Source of the DNA: Halobacteriota archaeon
GTDB lineage: Archaea > Halobacteriota > Halobacteria > Halobacteriales > Haloferacaceae
NCBI GenBank assembly: GCA_051747145.1
Contig: JBNJFV010000001.1
Coordinates: 1-50,824 of the forward strand
Reading direction: 5' to 3'
DNA length: 50,824 bases
Positions within the stretch are counted from its first letter, which is position 1; the number at the start of each line of letters is the position of its first letter. Positions 29,066-38,031 of the stretch are shown piece after piece. Position numbers and translations under genes: made by a program. The notes beneath the pieces were generated by a model. That model saw nothing but the letters and a program-made list of their open reading frames with translations, was not told where the DNA came from and did not search any database.

Positions 29066-30362
29066 GGGTGCCGTCGATCACCAGTTCGCGTTTGCCGGCG
29101 ACGGCGTCGGCCTCCTCGAACTCGCCGCCGCCGAGCAACCCGCGGGCGGCGCGTTTGCCCCACTCGACTGCCGGTTGCGTGAACGTCTCGACGGTGGCCA
29201 GTTCGCCGTAGAGCACGCAGGCGGCTTCCATCCCGTAGAGGAGTTCGCCGATACCGCGCTCGTCGACCCGATCGATCTCGATCCGAACGTTCGGTCTGTC
29301 CGCCGCGGCGAGACTCGCTTCGGTCGCCTCGAATTCGGCGTCGAGGAGGTCGCCGAGCGACGACCCCCCGAGGTACGAAAGCCCCTCCAGATCGGTTTCG
29401 GGGATCGACACGTCCGCTCGTTCGCGGGGGCGAACGAGCGTCACGAGCTTGTCGCGTGGGCCGGCCCGGTACAGCTGCAGCTGGGAGTGTTGATCGGTCG
29501 CGCCCAGGGCCCGTGCCGGCGTCTGGCCGAGCCCGTCCTTCCCGAGACTTTCGGCCCACAACTGGGCGAACCATTCGGCGAAGTACTCGAGCGACTCGCT
29601 GTAGGGCATCAGCACGTCAGTCAGTGCGCCGCGTTCTGCGAGCGCATAGCAGATCGCCCCGTACGCGTAGGCCGGTGACTCGTACAGCGACCCGGCGAGC
29701 CGATCGGCCTCCGAGCGCGCACCCGAAACGATTGCATCCAGATCGTGACCCTGGATCGCCGCGACGGCAAGTCCCACCGTCGAGAGCGCCGAGAATCGAC
29801 CGGGGACGCCATCGGGGACCGCAAGCACCGGGAGGTCGTGCGCGCGTGCGAGCGCCGCGAGATTGCCCGAATCGCCGGTGGTGACGATCGTCCGCTCGGT
29901 CCAGTCGACGCCCGCAACGGTCATCGCCTCCCTGAGGACGAGAAAGTTCGCCAGCGTTTCGGCGGTCGTTCCGGACCGGGAGACGACGTTGACGACGGTC
30001 GACTCGAGATCGATGGACGAACACAGCTGTGCGGTGGCATCTGGATCGACGTTGTCGAGGAAGTACGTCTCGGCGTCCTCGGGGCCCGAGAGCGCGGCGT
30101 CGATCGTCGCCGCGCCGAGCGCGCTGCCCCCGATCCCGACCGTGACGATCGAGGCGGGATCGCCGAACCGATCGACCGCCGACCGGACCGCCGCCGTGTC
30201 GACCGTCTCCGGGAGGTTCAACGCCGCGTACCCGTGTTCGTGGGCGGCGCGTCCGGCGTCGATCCGCTCGTGGGCCGCCGCGACGCGCTCGTCGAGTCGA
30301 TCGAGCACTGCGGTACTCACGCCGGGTGTCGTCCCGATCGCGTTTCCGAGGTCTACGTCCAT
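29052..30362 (-). CDS. pgi: Glucose-6-phosphate isomerase
   Basis: 436 aa. It has the GIGGSALG motif and the SIS-domain layout typical of archaeal/bacterial PGI. A TATA-like TTTATAT (30395-30401) lies upstream. Confidence 0.85.
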   Translation of the reverse strand: MDVDLGNAIGTTPGVSTAVLDRLDERVAAAHERIDAGRAAHEHGYAALNLPETVDTAAVRSAVDRFGDPASIVTVGIGGSALGAATIDAALSGPEDAETYFLDNVDPDATAQLCSSIDLESTVVNVVSRSGTTAETLANFLVLREAMTVAGVDWTERTIVTTGDSGNLAALARAHDLPVLAVPDGVPGRFSALSTVGLAVAAIQGHDLDAIVSGARSEADRLAGSLYESPAYAYGAICYALAERGALTDVLMPYSESLEYFAEWFAQLWAESLGKDGLGQTPARALGATDQHSQLQLYRAGPRDKLVTLVRPRERADVSIPETDLEGLSYLGGSSLGDLLDAEFEATEASLAAADRPNVRIEIDRVDERGIGELLYGMEAACVLYGELATVETFTQPAVEWGKRAARGLLGGGEFEEADAVAGKRELVIDGTPKQQ

Positions 30363-30425
30363 GAGGAGACCGGCGATACGTGCGGGTAAAACGGTTTATA
30401 TCCCGCACGTCGCCCGACTGGCACC

Positions 30426-31706
30426 TCAGCGGGTCCGTCGATCGGTGAGAAGCACCCAGATCGCACAGCAGATGGCGACAGCGCCAGCGGCAGTCGCGAT
30501 CGCGAACGCCACCCGGTACCCGGTCGCGGTGTACACCCTGACGCCGCCGAGGTACTCGCCGGTCCAGTACGTGTCGAGCGCCCACCCCATGAGCGTCGGC
30601 AGCATCGCCGCGCCGAGGAACGCAGCGCCGTTGATGCTGCCCATCGCGATCCCGCTGGCGCGGCTTGCGTGTCGTTCCGTGATCATCGGATACGTGAGTA
30701 CGAACGCCCCGAACAGCGCTCCCACGAGGAAGAAGACACCCGCAACCACGAGGAACGGCGGCTTGCCCGTGACGGCGATGACGCCGAGCGAGAGCGTGTA
30801 CAGTATCGTCCCGACGAGAATGAGTTCCACCCGTCGATCGGTCCGCGCGGAGAGCCACCCGATCGTCGGCGGGCCGACGACGCCCCCGATGCCGGCAGCC
30901 AGCGTGACGGTCGAGGCGATCGTAACGGAGGTGTCGTACGTCTGGACGACGTACGGAATTCCCCACAGCCCAAACAGCGTGAGGTTCAACCCGCTCGTAC
31001 AGAACAACAGCAGGCCGACGATCCACGTCCACCGATCCCGAACGACCGTGCGCGTGTGGGCGCGCACCTCCGCGATCGAGAGCATCGCCGTTTCGGGGAC
31101 GTTTTCGATCGGTTCGAGGCCCGCGCGCTCTGCGGAGTCGCGGACGAGAACGAACGTCACGACGGCGAGCCCGAGGCCGACAGCCCCCAACAAGAGGAAC
31201 GTCGGCTCCCAGCCGACGCCGTCGACGACGATCGCGAAGGGCGTGGTCGCTAAAATCCCGCCGACGCCGCCCACGGCGAAGCTGAGCCCGTTCATCGTCG
31301 AAAACTCGCTCGCGGAAAACCAGTTCGCACTGAACCGAAGCAGCGAGACGAAGATCACGCTGCCGCCCAGTCCGATCAGAAAGCGAGCGCCGAGCGCAGC
31401 GGCGTACCCGCCTGCGAGCCCGAACCAGATCGCCCCGGCGTTCATCGTGATCGCGCCGACAGTCGCTGTCCGCCGCGGCCCGATCCGATCGACGAGGATG
31501 CCCGTCGGGATCTGCATCACCGCGTAGACGTAGAAGAACATCGCGTGCAACGTCCCGAGTTGGGCACCCGTCGTGTCGAACGCCGCCATGAGATCCGTCG
31601 CGATGACGGCCGTCGAGAGGCGGTAGATGTTCACTAACAGGAAGGTACAGCCGAGCACGCCCCACAGGAGCCAGCGTCTCCGATACGGGTCAGCCCACAC
31701 GGTCAC
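30426..31706 (-). CDS. MFS transporter
   Basis: 426 aa with about 12 TM helices. An MFS loop motif GILVDRIGPRR lies between TM2 and TM3. The start is GTG. Confidence 0.8.
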   Translation of the reverse strand: MTVWADPYRRRWLLWGVLGCTFLLVNIYRLSTAVIATDLMAAFDTTGAQLGTLHAMFFYVYAVMQIPTGILVDRIGPRRTATVGAITMNAGAIWFGLAGGYAAALGARFLIGLGGSVIFVSLLRFSANWFSASEFSTMNGLSFAVGGVGGILATTPFAIVVDGVGWEPTFLLLGAVGLGLAVVTFVLVRDSAERAGLEPIENVPETAMLSIAEVRAHTRTVVRDRWTWIVGLLLFCTSGLNLTLFGLWGIPYVVQTYDTSVTIASTVTLAAGIGGVVGPPTIGWLSARTDRRVELILVGTILYTLSLGVIAVTGKPPFLVVAGVFFLVGALFGAFVLTYPMITERHASRASGIAMGSINGAAFLGAAMLPTLMGWALDTYWTGEYLGGVRVYTATGYRVAFAIATAAGAVAICCAIWVLLTDRRTR

Positions 31707-31820
31707 AGGACCACGTCGTACGCGATCGATTAATATATACGGGACGTGGCAACCGACGGAGTCGAACGTCGAACCCGCCGCCGTACGGTCGATCTGTAGG
31801 GACGAAACTAGATCGAATCA

Positions 31821-31900
31821 GGTCGGGTCAAGTCGAGTCAAGTCGAGTCGAGTCAAGTCGAGCCGAGGAAAGTCGAGTCGAGGCAAGTCGAGTCGAGTCG
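31821..31900. repeat. Pentanucleotide microsatellite, 16 units (AGTCG and variants)
   Basis: The units are GGTCG GGTCA AGTCG AGTCA AGTCG AGTCG AGTCA AGTCG AGCCG AGGAA AGTCG AGTCG AGGCA AGTCG AGTCG AGTCG. The array ends 20 bp downstream of the stop of CDS 31921..33444 and starts 114 bp upstream of the MFS start. Confidence 0.95.
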
Positions 31901-31920
31901 ATGCGGGACGAATGCGACAG

Positions 31921-33444
31921 TCAGGACTCGAGGTCGGTGCCGGTCGAAAGGTCGGTCGTGTCGAACGCGTCCGCGATCGTCCCACAGAGCGACTGGAACT
32001 CATCGACGAGCGCGTCCACGCGTTCGGATTCGGTCCGTACGGTGTCGCCGACGCGTTCGACGTCCGTTTCGATCGCGTCCTGTCGGTCCGCGATCGACGC
32101 GACGTCGCTGTCGTGTCGCTCGACGACCGACTCCAACTCCGATTCGATCGACACCAGTTGCGATTCGGCCGACTCCAACTCCGATTCGATCGCCTCGTAA
32201 TCGGCTTCGTACGTTGCCTCGATCGATTCCAGTTGCGATTCGATCGCGTCGACCTGTGAGTCCGTCGAGGACTGCGTCGATTGAACGGCCGAAACCGCGT
32301 CGTCGATCGCCTCGAGGTCCGCACGGAGCGTTTCCATCTGCGATCCGGTCTCGGCTGCGTACTCCGAGATGGTGCCGTACTCGTCGACGAACGCCTCGAG
32401 AAGATCGACGTGGGCGGCGAAATCGTCCATTCGAGACTGGAGGTGTCGCATCCGAATCTGTTCGGAGCGCGACTGCTCGCGGGCAACTGCGTCGCGAAGC
32501 GCCTCCAGTTCGGCGTCGGAGACGTCGCCAGATTGCAGTTCCGAAACGAGCGCCGAAACGACGCTTTCGGCCGCTCGTGGCTCGCCTCCTTCGTCGGACT
32601 CGCCGGTCCGATCGGAATCGTCCGTTGGTGCTTCAGCGTCTCGGTCCGGATCGACGATCGCGTCCGATTTCGGATCGTCCCGAGCAACGGTTGCACCGCC
32701 CATCTCGAACGCGAGCGCATCGGCCTCGTCCGCGTGGTCGATCGCGTCCCCGCCAGCACCCGACGCGTCCCGTGCGTCCGATCGTCCGCCAGCGGCCGTC
32801 GGATCGGTTGGATCCGGGAGGTGCAACGTCTCGTCGACCCCCTCGATCGGCGCGTTCGAGTCGTCGAACGGCGCGTTCGAGTCGTTGTCCGACTCATGAG
32901 CCTCCTCGATCGACTCGGGGGAGTCCTCGCCCGACTCCGCAGCGTCACCGTCCGAGTCGCCGCTCCTGCCGCTGAACAGCGTTCCTTTCGCCCGCTGGAA
33001 CAGTCCGCCGTCGGCCGATCGATCGGTCGATCCGTCGGTGGCGATCGCTTCGTGATCGGGATCGAGCCGATCGACAACCTCTATCGCCGGCGGGTCCGAG
33101 GAGGCGACGCCGTCGACCGAGTCGCCCTCGAAGACGATCCCGAACAGGAGGCGGGCCGTTTCGTTCGGGTCGAGCGTGTGCTCGATGACGACAGTGTCAC
33201 CGTCCGCAGCCCACGTCTGCGGGGCGTTGTCCGGGTGGAACCCGATCTCCGACCGGCCGCTCACCGGGAGTTCGTCGGTCAAGCGCAGGTCGATCGGCAC
33301 GTCGGCCGCCGACTCCAGCGTGTACCTGACCACGAGGCCGTCCTCGCGGCGCTCGGGGACTTTCCGAACCGTCGTCGGTCCCGCCTCGACGGTGGTGTCG
33401 GCCAGTTCGTCGCCGCGCCCGTCGAAATACCCTTGATTAGACAT
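31921..33444 (-). CDS. Highly acidic protein with C-terminal coiled coil, function unknown
   Basis: 507 aa. An N-terminal globular part of about 130 aa (VVRYTLESAADVPIDLRLTDELP) is followed by a long disordered acidic middle. The C-terminal ~200 aa carry heptad-like repeats (IESQLESIEATYEADYEAIESELESAESQLVSIESELES). A 24-bp exact repeat CCGACTCCAACTCCGATTCGATCG occurs at 32127 and 32169. Confidence 0.6.
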   Translation of the reverse strand: MSNQGYFDGRGDELADTTVEAGPTTVRKVPERREDGLVVRYTLESAADVPIDLRLTDELPVSGRSEIGFHPDNAPQTWAADGDTVVIEHTLDPNETARLLFGIVFEGDSVDGVASSDPPAIEVVDRLDPDHEAIATDGSTDRSADGGLFQRAKGTLFSGRSGDSDGDAAESGEDSPESIEEAHESDNDSNAPFDDSNAPIEGVDETLHLPDPTDPTAAGGRSDARDASGAGGDAIDHADEADALAFEMGGATVARDDPKSDAIVDPDRDAEAPTDDSDRTGESDEGGEPRAAESVVSALVSELQSGDVSDAELEALRDAVAREQSRSEQIRMRHLQSRMDDFAAHVDLLEAFVDEYGTISEYAAETGSQMETLRADLEAIDDAVSAVQSTQSSTDSQVDAIESQLESIEATYEADYEAIESELESAESQLVSIESELESVVERHDSDVASIADRQDAIETDVERVGDTVRTESERVDALVDEFQSLCGTIADAFDTTDLSTGTDLES

Positions 33445-33692
33445 GAGTTACCTCGCGGGGGGCGTGCGTACTCGTCCAGTATCCAGTGCGTCGATCGAAG
33501 AAGGCCGTCGTTTCCGTACGTTGCATGCGTGAACTACCTCGCTGTGACGCCGTAAGCGAACGAGCGTGGATCCGTCGCCCGCCTCGGCGCGTACCCTGGA
33601 AACCGGTCGGTAACGGTTTTGTTATTACTCGAGTACCGATCGGTAGGCAGATACATACCGATCGGGGACGGAGCGTGACTTCGATCGTGGAT

Positions 33693-33771
33693 CGCCGACT
33701 GAACGACTGGGTGGTTCGTCGCCGTACCGGCGTAGAACGCCGCCGACGGAACGACTGGGTGGTTCGTCGCC
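33693..33771. repeat. 31-bp direct repeat x2 (1 mismatch), period 48, intergenic
   Basis: CGCCGAC[T/G]GAACGACTGGGTGGTTCGTCGCC occurs at 33693-33723 and 33741-33771. It lies in the 364-bp gap between the EamA gene end and the coiled-coil gene start. Confidence 0.9.
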
Positions 33772-33808
33772 TGAACGACGAGGAAGGCCGTCGCCGGTAC
33801 CGCGTCGC

Positions 33809-34831
33809 TCAGTCGTCAGCCGGGAACGCCCGGGGCGACTCGGTGGCGTCGAACGCACTGACGTCGACGAACTCGTCCTCGACCGGGTAGCCCCGACTGA
33901 GTCTCGCTTCGAGCGCGACGATGCGGGGGAAGACCGCCTCCCACTTCAGGAAGCCGAATCCGACGACGATGACGGCGAACCCGGCGATCGTGTCGCCGGT
34001 GACAGATTCGGACAACAGCACCCAGCCGAAAAGCGCTGCGACGGCCGGCACGACGTAGTTGACGAGGCTCGTTTCGATAGCGCCGATCCGATTGAGCAGA
34101 TCGAAGTAGACCACGAGGCCGATCGAACTCGCCCCGATCGCGAGATACGACAGCGAAGCGAGGACGGCCGGCGTCCACGACACCGAGCCGAACTGGGCCT
34201 CGCCGAACAGGAGGCTCGAGGCGTGGAGGCTCGCCGCGCCGATCAGCATCATCCACGCCTGCGAGGGGACGATCGGCATCCGGGCTGGGTGGCGTTTGAC
34301 GAACACCGCACCGACGGCGAAACTCGCAGCCGAAAGGACGAGCAAGGCGACGCCGACGGCCGTCCCGTCCACGACGTGGGGTTCGGGGGCGGCGACGAGT
34401 GCGACGCCGACCAGCCCGAAGAACACGCCGATCACGCCCGGAACGCCGAGGCGCTCGTCGGGGAGCAACAGCCAGGCGAAAAGCGGGGTGAGGATCGGCG
34501 ACGTACTCATGACGATCGCGGCGACGCCGCTCGTGACGTACGTCTGGCCGGTGAAAAGCAACGCGTAGTGGACGCCGACGACGAGCAACCCGCCGATCGT
34601 CACCAGCGTCCACTCCTCGCGCCCGCGCGGTCGCCACTGGTCGGTCGCCAACAGCGCGTATCCCAAAAGGAGCACGCCGGCGATGTCGTACCTGAGCGCG
34701 GCGAAAAGAAGCGGTGGCAGCGCCTCCAACCCGACGGCGATCGCGGCGAAGGAGGTCCCCCACAGGATCGACAACAGCACGAACAGGAGAATATTTCGGT
34801 GTCGTTTCAGATTCGATATGAGTATGTCCAT
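33809..34831 (-). CDS. EamA/DMT-family transporter
   Basis: 340 aa with 10 TM helices. LLSILWGTSFAAIAVGLEALPPLLFAALRY is typical of EamA repeats. It has a soluble C-terminal tail of about 45 aa. Confidence 0.8.
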   Translation of the reverse strand: MDILISNLKRHRNILLFVLLSILWGTSFAAIAVGLEALPPLLFAALRYDIAGVLLLGYALLATDQWRPRGREEWTLVTIGGLLVVGVHYALLFTGQTYVTSGVAAIVMSTSPILTPLFAWLLLPDERLGVPGVIGVFFGLVGVALVAAPEPHVVDGTAVGVALLVLSAASFAVGAVFVKRHPARMPIVPSQAWMMLIGAASLHASSLLFGEAQFGSVSWTPAVLASLSYLAIGASSIGLVVYFDLLNRIGAIETSLVNYVVPAVAALFGWVLLSESVTGDTIAGFAVIVVGFGFLKWEAVFPRIVALEARLSRGYPVEDEFVDVSAFDATESPRAFPADD

Positions 34832-35018
34832 TTGATAGTAGGTTCGTGAAACAACGATATACGCCGCTCAAACATGAATCTTTTCGGGGTTGTGTTACCA
34901 ATGGACATGGAAAAACACGAGTAGTGGTCGAATGATAGATATATTTCCACGTGATACCAAAGCGCACACATAGGCGGTGAAGGACAAGACAGTTATCCGA
35001 CGCGCGGAATGTCCCCGT

Positions 35019-36302
35019 ATGGAAGTCCTCGCCGACGCGCGGGCCGTGATCGACGCCGGTCCGGTCTGTGACGCCTGTCTCGGGCGCGTCTTCGCCGATC
35101 GGAGTTTCGGCCTCACGAACGAGTTGCGGGGAAACAGCCTCCGCGTTGCCGTTGCGATCGCAGACGACACGCCCTACGAGCCGACTGACACGGCCGCCTG
35201 CTGGGTGTGTGAAGGGTACTGTGCGACGTTCGACGAGTGGGCCGAGCGGGCAGCCGCCTCGATCGACGGCGTGGAGTTCGACACCTATCAGGTCGGGACG
35301 CGAACCCCGCCGCTCGTCGAGGAAAACGAGGTGTTGTTGCGCGAGGACGCCGGCGTCGACTCGGACGCGGGCGAACAGTTCAAATCGGAGTTCAACCGCG
35401 AGGTCGGAAAGCGGATCGGACAGCTAACCGGGACGGACGTCGATTTCACCCGTCCGGACGTGCAGTTCACGCTGGATCTGGAGGGCGGTCGCGTCGAGAC
35501 GACCGTCAACTCCGCGTTCGTCTACGGCCGATACCGGAAGCTCGAACGCGATATCCCGCAGACGGAGTGGCCCTGTCGGGAGTGTCACGGCAGCGGGCGG
35601 GTTGGACGGACAACGTGCGATCACTGCGGCGGGTCGGGATACCTCTACGACGAGAGCGTCGAGGGGTACGTCGCGCCGATCGTCGAAGAGGTGATGGACG
35701 GCACCGATTCGACCTTCCACGGCGCGGGTCGAGAAGACGTCGACGCCCGGATGCTGGGGACGGGACGACCGTTCGTGGTGGAGGTGCAAGAACCGCGCCG
35801 CCGTCGGATCGACGTCGAACGGCTGGAGGGGGACGTCAACGCGCTCGCGGATGGGGCGATCGAGGTCGAAGGCCTCCGACTCGCCCGGTACGACATGGTC
35901 GAACGCGTCAAGGAACTGGACGCCTCGAAGACGTATCGTGCGGCCGTGGAGTTCGGCGACGACGTGACCGAATCGGCGTTGGCGACCGCGATCGAGACGC
36001 TCGACGGCGCGACGATCGAACAGTACACCCCCCAGCGGGTCGATCACCGCCGCGCGGAACGAACCCGGGTTCGAACGGTGCTATCTGCAAGCGCCGAACT
36101 GGAAGACGGCCGACACGCGACCGTCGAAATACACGGCGAGGGCGGGCTCTACATCAAAGAGTTGATCTCGGGGGACGACGGGCGCACCGAACCGAGTCTG
36201 GCGGGGCTCGTGGGAGTCGAGGCGACGGTCACGGCCCTTGACGTGACCGGAGTGACGGGGACCACGGAACCGTTCGAACGTGAGGCGTTCTTCCTGGAGT
36301 GA
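35019..36302 (+). CDS. pus10: tRNA pseudouridine(54/55) synthase Pus10
   Basis: N-terminal zinc motifs are CDACLGR...CWVCEG. The second pair is CRECHGSGR...CDHCGGSGY. Length is about 427 aa. The start is ATG 35019, within the track ORF. Confidence 0.85.
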   Translation: MEVLADARAVIDAGPVCDACLGRVFADRSFGLTNELRGNSLRVAVAIADDTPYEPTDTAACWVCEGYCATFDEWAERAAASIDGVEFDTYQVGTRTPPLVEENEVLLREDAGVDSDAGEQFKSEFNREVGKRIGQLTGTDVDFTRPDVQFTLDLEGGRVETTVNSAFVYGRYRKLERDIPQTEWPCRECHGSGRVGRTTCDHCGGSGYLYDESVEGYVAPIVEEVMDGTDSTFHGAGREDVDARMLGTGRPFVVEVQEPRRRRIDVERLEGDVNALADGAIEVEGLRLARYDMVERVKELDASKTYRAAVEFGDDVTESALATAIETLDGATIEQYTPQRVDHRRAERTRVRTVLSASAELEDGRHATVEIHGEGGLYIKELISGDDGRTEPSLAGLVGVEATVTALDVTGVTGTTEPFEREAFFLE

Positions 36303-36368
36303 TCCACGTCGGGTGACCGTTCGCGCGCCGAACACCGAATCGTCGGGTCTGCTCGATCGACGAACCGG

Positions 36369-36986
36369 TCACAGCCGTTCGAGGAGGAACGTGGCGATCG
36401 GCGCTGCGACCCGTTTCGTCTGTCCGACGAAGAAGTGATCCGCGCCGAACTCGACGACAGACTGCTCGCGGCCCGCGGCGGCGAGCTGTCGGGCTCGATC
36501 GACCACCGGCTCCCAGTCGGCGGTCGTATCTCGGGACCCGTAGACGATCTGCACCGGCGACGTGACGTGTTCGAGCGCCTCGACCGCGTCCGCGTCGGGA
36601 TTGAGACGGGCGGTGGGGGCGAGCGCGCTCACCGCCGCGACGGCCGGTCGATCGACGGCGGCGAGCAACGCGACCGAGCCGCCGAAGCTGAATCCGAACA
36701 GGCCGACGCGATCGTACCGATCCACCCCCCACGAGACGGCCGCGGCGGCGTCCGCACACTCGCCGTACCCCTCGTCCCACGGTCCGTAATCGAAGCGAAG
36801 GCAGTCGACCCCCCGATCGGTGAGTTCGTCGCTCACCGCACGCAGTCGATCGTCGCCCCGGTGGCCGCCGTGTTGGGGGTGTGGCGGGCAGGCGACGACG
36901 ACCGACTGCGGATCGTCCTCGATCGCTGTCCGGTCTAACGTGGCGACGACCCTCCGTGAACCGGGGAGGCGAATCCGTTCTCCCAT
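36369..36986 (-). CDS. Alpha/beta-fold hydrolase
   Basis: 205 aa with the nucleophile elbow GFSFGGS. The short, dienelactone-hydrolase-like size suggests a serine hydrolase. Confidence 0.7.
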   Translation of the reverse strand: MGERIRLPGSRRVVATLDRTAIEDDPQSVVVACPPHPQHGGHRGDDRLRAVSDELTDRGVDCLRFDYGPWDEGYGECADAAAAVSWGVDRYDRVGLFGFSFGGSVALLAAVDRPAVAAVSALAPTARLNPDADAVEALEHVTSPVQIVYGSRDTTADWEPVVDRARQLAAAGREQSVVEFGADHFFVGQTKRVAAPIATFLLERL

Positions 36987-37039
36987 ACCAACAACATACG
37001 TGTATCAGGTTTTAAGCCCGACGTGTGCTATTGTGGTGT

Positions 37040-37897
37040 ATGGGAATCCTTTCGCGCACCTCCTACGTCATCCGCTCGAAGATCAACGCGATCTTGAACC
37101 GGGCGGAGGACCCGACCGAGACGCTCGATTACTCGTACGAACAGATGCGAGACGAGCTGCAGGACGTCAAACAGGGGATCGCCGACCTGACGACCCAGAA
37201 GAAACGCCTGGAGATTCAAAAGCGCCGCCTCGAGGAGAACGTCGAAAAGCACAACCAGCAGGCCCGCGAGGCCGTCCAGCAGGATCGCGACGACCTCGCA
37301 CGCCGGGCGCTCGAGAAGAAGAAATCGAAGATGCAACAAATCGAGGATCTGGAGGGCCAAATCGCCGACCTGCAACACACCCAGGACAACCTCGTCGAGA
37401 AGAAAAACGAACTCCAAAGCCAAATCGAGGAGTTCCGCACGAAAAAAGAGACGATGAAAGCCCGATACGAGGCTGCCGAAGCCTCCTCGCGGGTGTCGGA
37501 GGCGATGACCGGGGCCGGCGACGAGATGGAGGACGTCGGGAGAGCGATCGAACGCGCAGAGGAACGGACAGAAGAGATGGAGGCTCGATCGGCAGCGATG
37601 GACGAACTGCAGGACACCGGTGCATTCGAAAGCGCGCTGTCGGACAAAGATCAGCTCGATCGCGAGCTCGAAGAACTCAGACAGGGCGGAGAGGTCGACT
37701 CGGAGCTGGAGACGCTGAAAGCCGAAATGGGGAAATCGGACACGGAACCGGACACAGAAACCGACGCGGCCGACGTCGAGCAGGGCGAGGAAACCGACGC
37801 GGCCGATCTCGACGCCGAGCTGGCGGACCTCGACGCGGAGATCGACGAGGAAGCGGTCGAAGCGGAACTCGAAGAACTCCGAGACGACGAACAGTAA
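37040..37897 (+). CDS. pspA: PspA/IM30-family protein (ESCRT-III superfamily)
   Basis: MGILSRTSYVIRSKINAILNRAEDPTETLDYSYEQMRDELQDVK is the canonical PspA N-terminus. Coiled coil runs throughout, with an acidic C-terminal tail. A TATA-like GGTTTTAAGC lies about 28 bp upstream. Confidence 0.85.
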   Translation: MGILSRTSYVIRSKINAILNRAEDPTETLDYSYEQMRDELQDVKQGIADLTTQKKRLEIQKRRLEENVEKHNQQAREAVQQDRDDLARRALEKKKSKMQQIEDLEGQIADLQHTQDNLVEKKNELQSQIEEFRTKKETMKARYEAAEASSRVSEAMTGAGDEMEDVGRAIERAEERTEEMEARSAAMDELQDTGAFESALSDKDQLDRELEELRQGGEVDSELETLKAEMGKSDTEPDTETDAADVEQGEETDAADLDAELADLDAEIDEEAVEAELEELRDDEQ

Positions 37898-38031
37898 CCG
37901 TACGAGAACGTCGTGCGGTACCGACGTCCGGTCTGTTCGACGGTCGATTCTTGCCGACCGCTCGCGTCGCGTGATACGTCGGATTTCCGATCGCTACCAA
38001 CCGGTTTCACGTTCGACGGCGAGGTGTCGGT

